Source: the human T2T-CHM13v2.0 reference genome, Homo sapiens
Strand: one strand, 5' to 3'
NCBI RefSeq assembly: GCF_009914755.1
Contig: NC_060947.1
Length of the DNA stretch: 64,000 bases
Part shown: positions 32,497 to 49,590 of the stretch, in pieces
Numbering within the stretch: position 1 is the first letter of the stretch
Layout of the letters: every line of letters begins with the position of its first letter
Translations under genes and position numbers: made by a program
Notes under the pieces: model-generated
Databases searched by the model: none
The model's input: only the letters and a program-made list of their open reading frames with translations
Told to the model about the DNA's origin: nothing

Positions 32497-33168
32497 TCCA
32501 TTCCTAACTCTTTACAGGAAGCCTTCAGTTCTGGCTCAGTTATGTTCAAGATTTCATAGAAGCTTCTTGCCTATTTCATGATCTTCTCTGTTGAGAAATG
32601 GCCCACTTATTAGCTAGGCCTAGCAGTTCAAGTCCACTGCTGAACACTACATAGTGACACCTATTGAGATAGAAGGAAGATATTCCATGTGTCTAAAGTG
32701 CCTGGAATATTCTGGTTGAGATATTCAACAAACAACTAGGAAAAAAACTAAAGTTCCAGGGAGGGATCACTTCTAGAGATATAGATTTATGAGTCACTGG
32801 TGTAAACCATGGGGAAATTTCTTCTGTAATCAAAAGAAAAACAATTTTACTTAAAGGAACAATACTATGGGGTTGGGAAAGTTGAACAGTGTTGGAGAAG
32901 AATGAAGGGTCTAATACTGCTTTTTTTCTCACCTATAATCTCTGATGGCTGAAATCTTGAAACATCCTGTGCATGTTGAGGAAAAGTTAGCAGGGCTTTG
33001 TGTGGTGGATGACGTAATACGAGGAGGGGTTCCCTCTGGATGAATTGCCTCAGTGGTTTTTTTTGCAGGGTATCTCTGACCTAAGAGTAGCTTCACTCCT
33101 TTCAGAACAAAGGAAAGTCTGAGTTTAACTCAGACCTTGAGATGCTGATTAAAAATAGAAGGTTCCTA

Positions 33169-33528
<360 letters not shown>

Positions 33529-33532
33529 CTAG

Positions 33533-33926
<394 letters not shown>

Positions 33927-34201
33927 TAAAATCTACACTTTTCACATTTCTTTCCCTTCTCAAGCTTTTCTAGCTGTATCCAAGATTTCTTTTTTAGCGT
34001 CACTCAACATGTATTGAATCTTTGTTGAGACACATGCACATTTTAAAAGAACCTTTGTAAGATTTTGTGTGTGTGTATGCCAATTATTTTATTTCAGCAG
34101 CATATTTTTTTTCTTTGGTTTTATGCCTGATATATCTAATTATTTGCCTGTCTAGTTCCTGTTGTAGCCTCTAAACAGCAGCTAGATGTTGAGCAAAAAA
34201 G

Positions 34202-34215
34202 GTTGCCATAGCAAC
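34202..34215. promoter_or_regulatory. RFX X-box
   Basis: GTTGCCATAGCAAC, one mismatch from the GTTGCCATGGCAAC palindrome, in unique sequence. Confidence 0.6.
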
Positions 34216-34445
34216 AAATGTTCAGCCACTGATTTGTTGCTTCGCAGGCAATTAGGTATAATCCTAGTATACCTACCTAATAAAGCAAGGACCTGTTATA
34301 TGGGCTTTTTTTGTTTACTTCGTACTGTCTCATAATGGACAAGCATTATTCTAGAGCAACTGTGTCTGTCTCCTTGCCTGTCATCTTCACACAAACCTGG
34401 TAGAATTTCTTGGGTATCCAAAGATCATTGGCCAATGTATTCATC

Positions 34446-34745
34446 TTTTTTTTTTTTTTTTAAGAGATAGGGTCTTGCTTTGTTGCCCAGGCTGGAGTAC
34501 AGTGGTGTGATCATAGTTTACTACAGCCTCAAACTTCTAGGCTCAAGTGATCCTCTGCCTCAGCCTCCCAGGTAGCTGGGATTACAGACATGTGATGTGC
34601 AACCACACCGGGCTATTTATTTTTTTGTAGAGACAAGGTCTTTCTATGCTGCCCAGGCTAGTCTTGAACTCCTGGCCTCAAGTGATCCTTCTTCCTTGGC
34701 CTCCTCTGAAGCACTGGAATTACAGGTGTGAGCTACTGTGTAGAG
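34446..34745 (-). mobile_element. AluJ-like
   Basis: Consensus. Confidence 0.85.
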
Positions 34746-34899
34746 CTTGTTTTCATCTTTATTGAAGCTGGTGCCCCAGTTTATACACTCGTCTTTGAAA
34801 AATGTCTGAAAATCACAACCTCACAGCCACTGGAGGTTGGCCCAACCACCTCCTCCCATGCTGGGTAGTACTAATTTTCTACCTTATTAATTATAGTTC

Positions 34900-35110
34900 A
34901 ATAAAATGTCTCTACCATTAAAGTGTTAGGAAATTTACATATGTGATCTCTAAGCATCCCAACAAAGTAGGCATCATTACTCCCACTTTGCAGAACTGGG
35001 AGTAACTGAGACTCAGAGAAGGTAAGTGTGTTATCTAAAATGATACAGCTTGTAAAAGGACTATGAATCTAAGCCTGACTGGCTCTTAAACCTTTATTCT
35101 TTTTCACTAC
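34900..35110. mobile_element. MIR
   Basis: cccactttgcaga...actgagactcagagaaggtaagt core. Confidence 0.65.
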
Positions 35111-36262
35111 AAATTTAGGTCCCCATTTCAACTCTCCATGGACCAGTTGCTGAATAGATTATTGCTCATTTCTGTAAAGGTCTTGGACCCTTATACTGCC
35201 TCTTAGACAAGTTCCTGGGGCCATGTGTCCTTATCCAGACACATTCTAATAATTCAGTTGGATCTCCAGGTGAATAGATTGTTTGAAGGAACAAAGATAG
35301 AGGGAAGTTTGAGGGGGGTTGAGCAGGGAAGCCCCCAGGAGTTAACTTTCCTGAGTGTCCTAAATAGGACTAAAGCCCATATCACAGCAACTCAAGAGGC
35401 CAGGTTAAAACCAGTAGCTGTTTTCACATCGATTGAACTAGGGCCTCTTCCCAAAACTTATTGTTTAGGCTGAGAAGACACCTCTGCAGATGAGTCAGGC
35501 TCCATGGACACTCACCTGCAGCCCTAAAAATCCTTAGACTTTGCTGGGATCCAGAGGGAATGTGGCTATGAAATCACCATCAGATTCACCCCAACAATTA
35601 GTGGCATGAAAGAGAGATGAAGTAGGACTGTAAGATGGACCTAATTATCTAGAATAGAGAAACAATGTATGCTATCAAAACAAGCAGAAAAGGAGCTAAT
35701 TTCCATGTAGCTTGGCCTTCTATGCTGTAGTTAGTCATTGTCTTTCCTTTAGCTCCCACAGCTGCCCCAGAACTTGTGCACCTATGTCTGAAACCCAGAA
35801 CTAAGAACCTGGACACCAAGATTGGGACCCCATATCCCCACAATAACTGGAAACAGCTAATCCAGTCTCCCATTTGCCTGCCACCAATTGTCTCAGGATG
35901 ACTTATAATGTAGACGTGCCTGGATCTAGGCAGCTGGATTGGGTGACTGGGCATATTAGCTGTTCCAAAATATATGTTAAATTTACTTGTTGAATTTAGG
36001 TTACCCATCAGTAAAATCACTAACAAGTAAAGAAATCACCAAGTGGCATCTAATGAAAAGGATCTGTGTAATCAGCTCTTTAAAAAATTAAGAACTCAGC
36101 TGTCCCTTTTCTTCATTATCTGGGCAACCCTTATCCCTACAGTTATTAGCGAAACAAAACAACAATGCTGGCCCAGTTATCAGGGAGAAGCTTGTTTTGT
36201 CTCATTTGTGATATTGGGTCCTAGCTGCTAATTTTCTCAGCGATGGCAGAAAAAGGTAATTC

Positions 36263-36398
36263 AGGTCGGCTGTGGTGGCTCACGCCTGTAATCCTAGCAC
36301 TTTGGGATGCCAAGGTGGAAGGATTGCTTGAGCTCAGGAGTTTGAGAGCAGCCTGGGCAAAAGGGCAAGACCCTGTCTTAATTTTTTTTTTAAAAAAG
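36263..36398 (+). mobile_element. Alu left monomer
   Basis: Consensus; TSD aaaaaggt(a/c)attca. Confidence 0.8.
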
Positions 36399-37063
36399 GT
36401 CATTCAAACCAGATTAGACTAAAATAACACAAAGAGCCACATCACTGTTTATATGAATCTCACAAGCTGAGTTTCTTAGGAAAGGAAGGAAACCTGGAAA
36501 GAGAAGTCAAAAGCCTACAGCAAGGCAGAGCTGTCTCCAGGGTACTGGGTACTCAGCTTCCCTGCACTTCCACCTGGGGAAGGAAAGGATAGGTATGGGA
36601 AAGTCTTCTGCTGTGGTGTCATGCAGTGGCCCTAGTCAGATCTGTCTTCTAGCCCTGATTTTGCCACTTAGTAGTATTTAAGTAAGAGCACTTCACTCCT
36701 ACCATTAAGACTCTCCAACAGCTTCTCATCTCAGAATGAAATTCTATCTCCCTTCCTTGGACTATACAACCCTTATGAACTGGCCCTGCCTTAACTTGTA
36801 CTGCTTCCCCAGTTCAACACTGCCCCTTTTCCTCCTTCCAGATAATGAGCTGAGTCCATTCCCTGGAGTTGGAAGGTTCTGCCTCCATCTATTCATTCAG
36901 GTCTCAGCTTGTGATCACCTCCTCAGGTCTTCTCCAACCACCCTATCACATCTCAGTCACAATCACATCACCCCATCTACTTTGCTTCCCAGCATTAAAG
37001 CAGTATCTGAATTTGTATTTACAAAAATATTATCTGCCTATCCCTATTAGAACGTAACCTTCT

Positions 37064-37579
<516 letters not shown>

Positions 37580-38115
37580 TTACAGGCATGAGCCACTGTG
37601 CCCAGCTAAAATATTTTCTTGAATGATCAATACTGGCAGTGGGACCCGGAGCATGTCACTTAACCTCTGATTCTGTTATAAAATGCAAATATCCAATTGC
37701 CCCCAAATTGTTATGAATAACATATTAAGAGGACAAATGTAAAAAGGCCAGGCAGCTAGTAAGTATTCAACATATTTTGGTATATGACCTACTCATCAAT
37801 CTGTAACCATCTCTCTATCTCCCCCTCCCTTTCAAGGCCACACTGGCAGTTCATGTTAACCTTTCAGTGGGAGCAAAGAGTGTGTAGTAGAGTGGTGGTG
37901 ACTGGAGAGGGTGGGTGGTATAAATTGCAGTATACTTTCTTGTGAGTCTCATGGTACCTCTTTGGAACACTTATAGGTAGATATTTGAGTCATCCACAAA
38001 GACGTCAGAGTCAGGAACCTAGCCCACTCATTTCTAGGCTTTGGTTTATAAGCTGGTATTTTTGAACAGGAAATAAGGCCTAAGCCAGGTCTAGTTTATA
38101 TATGCTGGGCAGTTA

Positions 38116-38455
<340 letters not shown>

Positions 38456-39935
38456 CAAACATACCAATAACAATACTGAAGGGAACACCTTGGGGTGGGA
38501 TAGAAGCAAAGAACAAAATGTCCTCTCCAGCTTTTTTTTCTCTGCAGGTGGTTTTGACCTGTCTTTAAAAGACAGAGAAAGGGTTCAGTCAGGGCCCATG
38601 TCTATACAAGGGCTATTAAACAGCACTTATACTAAAATGAAGCTTGGAATGTAATTTCTATTTAGCAGATTAGACTGATTTTCCTGTTTAAATATATAGA
38701 TGCTTCTGGTCCCCAAAAGTGGGGAAAGGGGATTAATTCAGATGCTGAAGAAGATAACTTCTCAGTGCCTACTGCAGCAAGGCAAAAAAAAGATAGCTTC
38801 ATTATTAGGGGAAGGTTTCTTTTCCATCAGAGCGATTGGGCAGAATTTGGGCTTAGTTGCTTGCTGAGTTGGTCTCTTGTTTTAGGAACAATCTTGTACC
38901 TTCGTGCCAACAGACACTGTTCCATTATTTTCTTTCTTCCAGGAAAGGGGAGGGCCAAGGCAAAACAATGAATGAATTTTCCTGAATTCTTGCCTTCAAT
39001 CTAGATGGGGTTACACCCAAGATTATTAAAAAAAGAAATAAAAAGAAAAAAGAAAGGCTGAGTGATGTGCTTCTCTGGCATCTTCCAAGTTAGCAGCTGG
39101 ATTCATGTACTACAGATAGGTTGGAGTCACCCACGCTAGAAACCAACATCTGTCCTCTACTACCAAGTAGGTTTTCAGATTATTTTGTTTGTTTGACATA
39201 GAGATAGGGTCTCACTATGTTGTCCAGGATGGTCTCAAACTCCTGGCCTCAAGTGACCCTCCTGCTTCGACCTCCCAAATTGCTGGGATTATAGGTATGA
39301 GCCACCATGCCCAGCTGGTTTTCAGATTCTTAAAAAGGCCACAGAAAGTGTTATGTTACACTCACACAGAAAGTACAAACCAAGTCAAACGAATCAGCTT
39401 TCTCCAAAACCTCAACTCCAAAGGCTCTTTCTTCAGAGGACTGTTAATATTTCACTCCATGTTGCCAAACAAAACAAAACAAAACACACTTTCAGAAATG
39501 ACATTAGAGACTTGGTGTTGGAAAATACTTGCTTTCGTTCTGATCTGGTAGCCTTTATTCTCATATTGTCAACTTTTCTCCTTCCACCCCAGAAAACTAA
39601 CTTGAAACTCACTTAAACATATGCTATCACTTAATACTTAACTACAAAGTGGAAACAGATGGTAAACCCAGGTTAGCTGTTCCTAACAAATGCCAGGAAT
39701 ATTCAAATACAGCTATTTCAGATGAACTGCTTGGAAGTTATTTATTTGTATTATTTTAACATATATTATGAACTGAACTAAGAGAAGCTCTATGTAAAAG
39801 TTTGGGTGCTCATTCCTGCAATAAATAAATATAACTGCTATTTATCGGCTGCTATATAACGCTGCAGTTGAGGTGGGCTTTCCTAACTTCTAATCACAGG
39901 ATCCTCAGCCAGCCAAGTTCTTTCGCTTTTGCTAA

Positions 39936-40307
<372 letters not shown>

Positions 40308-40321
40308 TAACCGCAAAAGGG

Positions 40322-40690
<369 letters not shown>

Positions 40691-40811
40691 TTAGTTCTGG
40701 CGTGGTGTAGTTGAGCAGATAAGTTGTGCCTATGCACATTCATAAGCGAACTTTTAAAAGTCAACCCCATTTGCATCCTACCTAATCACATTCCTCCATA
40801 TTGTTCTAGAG

Positions 40812-41112
40812 CTGCACTGTTCAATATGGTAGTCACTAGCCACTTGTGGTTATTAAGCATTTGGAATGTGCCTTGTCCAAATTGAAATGTATTATAGGTG
40901 TAAAATACTCACCAGAATTTGAAAACTCAGTATGAAAAAAATGTAAATATCCCACTAAAAATTTTTATATTGATTACATGTTTAAATATTTACTGGGTTA
41001 AATGAAAACATTATTAAAATTAGTATCTTTACACATTACCTTTTGTAATGTGGCTGCTAGAAAATTTAACATTATATGTGGTGATGCATTATATTTCTAC
41101 TGGACAGTGCTA
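40812..41112. mobile_element. MER33/MER3-type hAT MITE
   Basis: Termini ctgcactgttcaa / tggacagtgcta; perfect 8-bp TSD TTCTAGAG (40804-40811 / 41113-41120). Confidence 0.85.
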
Positions 41113-41362
41113 TTCTAGAGCATTTGGTGCATACAGAAGACAAATTGTGAATTTTAAAAAGTAGGTACACCACAGTCACCAACACTGTCCACTGAGAAAC
41201 TCAGCGATATTTTAGACTTCAGGTCCCCACCCTACCTAAGACACAGGGAAGAGAAACCACAGACCAGCAGAATGCCAAGGATGTATTAATAGTAGGAGCA
41301 GAATACACATTTATCTCCTGAGGAAACAAATGAGATTCAGATGAGCCCTTATTCACCCATGA

Positions 41363-41662
<300 letters not shown>

Positions 41663-41755
41663 TAAAGTTGTTTCTAAAAGCTATTTAAACAAGTTCCAAA
41701 TATCTTCTCAGCAATAAAGTTCTTGGAATGCTGATGGCTGCCCAAGGCAACTTAA

Positions 41756-42165
<410 letters not shown>

Positions 42166-42294
42166 AGGGCATAGTTTTTAAAAAGCTGCAATTTGAATCT
42201 TTCTAGTCATTTCATATTTCAAATTGTCATAATTGGGGCCAAGAGCACACGTAATAAGGGGCTGAGATGACCATTTAACAATTCCCCAATTTTT

Positions 42295-43182
42295 GTTTTT
42301 GTTTTCACTGTTAAAGAGGAATTTTTATTAAAGCAAGAATTTTATAATCCAAATTACGTTTCCTTGCTCAGTTATTAATTCTGTTACTTAAAACAGAAGT
42401 GACATTTTGAGCTATTCCACAGTAAAGAATTACAAAATTAAAGAAAGGAATGTTTTATATTTTTGTACTTTGCTGAAAATTCTTTTTCCCAGGGTCTATA
42501 AAACACTAATTTGTTTCTATATTTTACTATTTTTTTTGTGTTTTTTGTTTTTCAATCAATTAATCTAGGACTAGCATTATGTTTGCTAGACCTGGCATTT
42601 GCTCGGTACATACGGTTCAGTTTCCTTCTTTTATATTTTGATATTTTTTTCCATATTTAAGTTTTTCGATGTTTAGATATTTTTCTTTGGTGAAGCACAA
42701 GTTTCTTTTCGTGGTCCCTGATCAATTTTAAACAGTTGGAACACCGGTGGCACTGTTAACTGCTTTCTGGGCAGTCTCTTTAGCTTGGTGGGCTTGTAGT
42801 ACAGCTACAGCTTCATCAACCTTAGAATGGAGTGACTCTGGAGACTTGAGCATATGAAGAAGTTCTGAATTATCAATCTCCAACAACACGCCAGTGATTT
42901 TACCGGCAAGAGTAGGGTGCATGGCTTGAATAAGAGGAAACAGCCATTCACCCAACATTTGCTTTTGCTCTTGAGGGGCAGATGCCAACATGGAAACAGT
43001 CAAAGGTTCCTGACCTTGTACATGAATAGCAGGCTGTTGCACTGTAACTTGTGGCTGTGCATTAAGATGTTGCTGAGGATTGCAAACTCCCGCAGCATAT
43101 TTATACTGTGGAACGGTGCGGACAGCAGGAGTAGCTGCAGCAGCTGTAGCTGCAAGACGTGGACCCATTGTCTGTGTTGATG
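42295..43182 (-). pseudogene. PABPC1P3: 5'-truncated processed PABPC1 retrocopy (linker end, MLLE/PABC domain, 3' UTR, poly(A) tail)
   Basis: Intronless [11 protein letters not shown]...[42 protein letters not shown]...ATGVPTV matches the PABPC1 C-terminus; AATAAA at 42324-42329; A-rich tail ~42291-42305; degenerate TSD AATTCCCCAATTTTT (42280-42294) / AATTCACCAAATTTTT (43183-43198); the symbol number is from memory. Confidence 0.93.
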
Positions 43183-43406
43183 AATTCACCAAATTTTTAT
43201 TCCAGTCTATTTTGAGACTTCTGGAAATAAAACACCTTGATACCGTTTGCCCTAGGGCTGATTACAAGGTACACTTAAACTGCTAAAATGATAGTTCATG
43301 TTATTCATAGTGCTAAGGTGTATCTGGTAATGCCCAGTGCTTTACTGAATTTACAGTATATTACCATTAATCCTCCAAAAAACAAAAAAACAAAAAACAA
43401 TTTGCG

Positions 43407-43705
43407 GCCGGGCGTGGTGGCTCACGCCTGTAATACCACCACTGTGGGAGGCCGAGACGGGCAGATCATGGGATCAGGGGTTCAAGACCAGCCTGGCCAA
43501 CATGGTGAAACCCTGTCTCTACTAAAAATAGAAAAATTAGCTGGGCGTGGTGGCGGGCGCCTGTAATCCCAGCTACTCGGGAGGCTGAGGCAGGAGAATC
43601 GTTTGAACCCAGAGGCAGAGGTTGCAGTGAGCCAAGATCGCACCATTGCACTCCAGCCTGGGCGACAGGGCGAGAATCCATCTCAAACAAACAAAAAAAT
43701 AAACA
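43407..43705 (+). mobile_element. AluS
   Basis: Consensus; TSD aaaa(a/c)caatttg. Confidence 0.9.
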
Positions 43706-44227
43706 AAAACCAATTTGGCCTTTTTTTTTCTTGGCAAACCAGCCAAAACTGATGTTTTTCCTAAGAAATCACACCTCATAAGCAATCTAGTCTAGGGCTT
43801 GGGATAAATACTAAGAAACAAATTAGAAGTCATATAGTAGTGGGATTAAGAGCACAAGGAAGATGACTGCATCAAAGATGATTGCAAATAATCTGCTACT
43901 TACTATGTGACCTGGGCAAATTACCAAACATCTGTATCTCAGCTGCATTACCTATAAAATGGGTGGTATACTTTCACCTCACAGTCACTGTGATGATTAA
44001 ATAATTTATATAGAATACTTAATACAATGCCTGACAGCAACCAGAAAAGTTTAGCTAATTTAATTATAGTTAGTAATCCATGCAAGGCCTTATAGTTAAA
44101 TCTTGTCTAAATTCAAAGACCTCAAAGAAACTGGACCCTTGCTTTCTTATTTTTTAAAATGACCATTAAGAGTTCAGTTTATAATCCACCCAGATTTATC
44201 GAATCCTTTCTTCTAGGTATCTGGGGG

Positions 44228-44439
<212 letters not shown>

Positions 44440-44887
44440 TAGAGCACTAACTTTTTGATGGTGGTATTGAGTTTCAAATAATAAAATCATGAATGACACT
44501 AAACTTAAAACCTTGGGAAGGTCATGAGTTGAAGAGCTGACTACATCAAAACTATCCTGAGAAACCGAGTTATGATGCCAATGACAGATAGCTCTGCAGG
44601 CACCAGAGGAAATGAAACTATAATACAATACACCAGGTGTCACAATGTGACGATTTACTTGAAACAAGGACATCTTAGTGGCTTAAGCAATATGTTTAAG
44701 AGATTAAGATAGAAATGGAAGACAGAAGTACAAGCACACGTGCACACCTACAAGTTTTTGTATATATACAGGGCAAGCAAGGGAGTGGTCAGAGCAATGG
44801 CGAGAATACAAGAAACAGCAAAGATGCGCCTACTTAAAATGTCATTCACATAAATCTTTCCAGGATTCTTGTATTGGAATATAATCT

Positions 44888-44893
44888 TTTATT
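44888..44893 (-). terminator. Probable main RLIM polyadenylation signal
   Basis: TTTATT on + strand (AATAAA on -) near the distal end of the unique UTR-like block. Confidence 0.6.
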
Positions 44894-46451
44894 TTACCAC
44901 TCAACGATTAAGCCATTCAACTACACAACACAGATAAAACGGAAGTTATAACATATAAACCAGTACCTGCCCACACTCATAGCAGTGAGGGGAATAAAAA
45001 TCAAGGTTGCACTGTAATTCCATGACTCTAAAAATCAAGTCTATTTGACATTGGTTTGAAGCAACAGAACCTTTATAGCAGATTCCCCTTTTTAAAGAAA
45101 AACCCAAGGAGAGATGATCAAGCACAAATGATCACTTCATGCATTTTATTGATAGTCTATATTTTAAATCTGCAGTATGACATCTTACATAGGGAAAAAA
45201 GCTTCTTCCTAAAAGATAACTATTAATAATCAAACCAGCTTTAATATGATTGACCTTTCAAGGTCTTGTTTTGCTTTAAACAAGTTAACTTTTAGCAGTT
45301 GTAAAGCACTGTACAAAAGAAAACTGTGTACATTCTCAAAATTTAATACAGGGCTTCCCAACCAGGAGTCTGCTGGATAGGTATCGGAGAAGGGTGTTAT
45401 GTTCAGGTTTAAATTGAAAGAAAATGAGAAACCAGATAAAGCAAGCCAACCAAATTAACTTCACTTTGTGCTCCTCTCTGCTTTTTTGAGTCTCTCCCGA
45501 AGGTCAGGAAGCCCTGGTATAACAATCACTTTAGTCTTTACAGAACATACATCTATGTGCTTTGTGACCAAAGACATAAAGGCAGCCTTTGTTACTGTTC
45601 CCCCTCCAAACCCCTTCAGGTTCTTATAAGCTTCAGAAAGCTTTCCAAGATTGCTGCCCTGTTCTTTGTATGAATCCAAGTAAACAACTATACCAAAGCA
45701 GCTCTTCCTGGGAGAAGATAAAACAGGCACAGATACATCACCAGGCCAACTGCGTACCTACTCAACTTGATACCTGATCACATGGCCCTACATCCTTAAA
45801 AGCAGCACCAGGGACAAATGGAGCTATCAAGAGGTAAAATCCAAACACTGGACAGTTAAAACACATACAAACCAGTTAAAAGAACATTAGTAATGGGGCA
45901 CTAAATAGAGTTAAGGCTGGACAGCTGGTTCAACCATACCTTGGTATTGAAATAATTCTGCAAGATGAGGAACTTACAGAGGAACCTTGAAAGAGGCACC
46001 ATGATATGACAGGGTTCACTTTCACTGCATGTCTTTAAGATATCTACTACTCAGCCCAACTGACCATAAAGCAGCTCGTGGAACTTTAATAAACAAATCC
46101 TAATAAAAATAAATAATTTTTAGAATGTTGGAGGGTATGCCTATTTCCTTCAGATCTGATCAAGACATGAGAATTATAAAACCGATACAAACTGTTCTGT
46201 GATTATCACTTGACAGTTCTAACACTGTTATACAGCTCAATTCTATGCTGCAGCCTTTAAGATACAAACTGGGGTTACATGAGATCACTCACTTGTTAGA
46301 GAAGTATCAGATAAATTTTAGAACTGTTCCAGTTAAGGAAAATAATTCTTAATTTCATAATCCTAAAACTTTTTCTAAAAATTTTTGCAGGGCAGGTACT
46401 TAACTCATAGCTGTTTTAGTTGATTAAAAAATCTGATTTAAAAATAAGTAA

Positions 46452-46769
<318 letters not shown>

Positions 46770-47827
46770 CTAGTTCCTCGGATCTTTTACTTTTTTCCAA
46801 ATGAAGTATGCTGTCAATTTACATTTTTCATGTTTTTTCAAAAGCACACAATTTACTAGTTAACTCAATGAATTACAATACTGTTATTGAATATAAACAT
46901 ACTGAAGAATTAAAGGGAAAAAAACACACCTGACACTTTAACATGTGCCTTAACAATCTTGCATACTAAGGTACAGAATACTTCAGAAAGTAACAATTAG
47001 CATAGTCTTATAAGACTAGGAGAATAAAAGTGCCCTGCAAACATGGCTTCTATGTACTTAATATGGTAAAACATGTGACAGGGAAGCCTGTAAGGTAAAA
47101 CTTAAAAAAAAAATCAAATAAGGCAGATTATAATTTTTTTTGTTCGCAAAAGAACAAAGGAGAAAAGGGGAAGAATAAAAACATTCTCCATCTTTAAAAG
47201 AAAAAATATTAACAACCATAAGGTGCCACTGTATTTTAGCAAGCTGTAAAAATGGCCTTTTAAGAGGAATTTTGCAATCTTTACCTCCCTATCATTTGGG
47301 TATTTTGGGAACTGACCGAAAGTCATGGCTGATGCTTCACCCATTTCATGTCATGGACGCCTGGGAAGCAGGTAGTTAAATACAAAGCATATTATGTGAT
47401 AACCCTTCATAAATATAATTTGAGACACTGACACTAGGAGAGGATACTTGGCACAGAAAAGACATGTTATGGGGCGGGGGACACATTACTTGAGGCAACA
47501 CTTACAGCCAATCAGTTTCCTAATCTTAAGGTTTGGATGAATTCCAATCGTTTTTAAAAACTGTGTGTGTACACACACATATTTTATTTCCTGGTGCTAA
47601 AGGTCTTATAAACTGTACAATTACCTACATTCCAACACTAATGTGAACACTTTTCTCAATCCCCACCTCCATTAACACCATTAAGGTGTAACTAACATGT
47701 TCTTTTCAGAGCAAATATTCCAAATTAACAAGGTGGCTCATCTTCTATAGTGTTGATACAAAGTCAGCAAACTTTTAACTTAACTTGCTCAATTTTGTTT
47801 CTAATAGTACTAATAAACCTCAACTTT

Positions 47828-48208
<381 letters not shown>

Positions 48209-49339
48209 TTAAAAACATCTGAAATATTCAAGAAAATTTGGGTTTTGGTACTTTTCCTTATGCTCTGAACAATGTGAACTCCCAACATTGTTTATCCTTG
48301 TTCCTCTTACTGCATGAAGTTCAAACTAGGTCTTAAAGACAACTTTTCTGTACTTAAGAAAAAGTGCAAAGATAGAAAATGAAATGTAAGGTGTTTTGCA
48401 AGAAATGCTCCCTCGAGAATGGTGTTTGGATGTGGGTGGGGGGAAAACGATTTTTGTTCTCCATTGTAATCTGACACCTACGAATGACCTTGTCTTCAAT
48501 GTCCACAACACTAGTAAGCATGTAATAATCACGGACATCGCAAGATTAAAAATTAAGTAGCAAATTCCACTAAAACACTTGTATTCATTCTATACAATCG
48601 AATGGAAATCCGTGAGTGCTACTGAAAAAGGTGTTCACATGCACATGTCCAATATGTGCATTCCACTGAAGGCTAAAAGCTTAAAATTCTATTTCCAGTG
48701 TTTATGAATAGCTTCAATATCTACATTCATAGCCAGCATTCTGCTTGAGTTACCTCTTACTTTAATACTTCACAAATGAGTAAGTACGTCTTGGGAGATT
48801 AGGAAGGTACCTGTTGTCAATAACTTTCTCTTATGCTTAGAATGTGCTGCAATTGTTTTTAAACTATTTAAAATGAACACCCCTATAATAATGAAACACT
48901 TTATGCCAAGAAGAAAATTGATTTGTTTTTAGCCAATCAAGACTACCCTGCAGATCTGAAAACTGTAGATTACATCCTTAGGAAAGGAGAAAAGGAGGCT
49001 CACAAATATAAAGGAATCCTGACTTTTACACGGACAAATTTTTAAAAAGATAAAATGTATTACATAAGCGCCATAAACAGTGAAATCTGCTTATATTAAA
49101 AAAAATAAGTGAAGCTTTGTTTGGACATTATTTCCTTGCAAGAGCAGTACATATCCTTAGTAAACAACTACCATATTTACAAGTTAATTTCCTTGATACT
49201 TAGATAGGATTGAAAGCCAGAAGAAATCATGGAAGAGTGAGCTTTGAAATAATCTTTACAGCTAAGTTGGTAACAGTGAAGGTACCCAGACAATTCCTAA
49301 AGCAGACTTGTTTATTTTGTAGAGTATTTGACTACGTCT

Positions 49340-49590
49340 GGGTAGCTAGCTTGCTTTGATAAAGGCCAAGGACAAGTTCAATCCCTATTTTGGCCTGTTA
49401 AAGCTTTTCCCAGAAGAACAAATATCTGCTCCATAGTCATTCTAATCCTAACCCCAGCTAGTCTCAAAAAAGAAATTAGGCAAGAAGACTGGGGTTATCA
49501 TGAAGTTACTCTTACTACTAAGAAACCAACATAAAGTGCATGTCCATAGATAGCGAGTCAGCAGTCTCATTTTCATATATGGGCAGCACA
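49340..49590 (+). mobile_element. Ancient tRNA-derived SINE (MamSINE1-like) in the RLIM 3' UTR
   Basis: aggccaagg...gttcaatccc B-box head; ctaaccccagctagtctc; aaccaacataaagtgcatgtcc. Confidence 0.55.

Noticed and set aside
33009-33018. ATGACGTAAT bZIP (ATF/PAR-type) site
   Set aside because: Single short motif with no supporting context; plausible by chance in 64 kb
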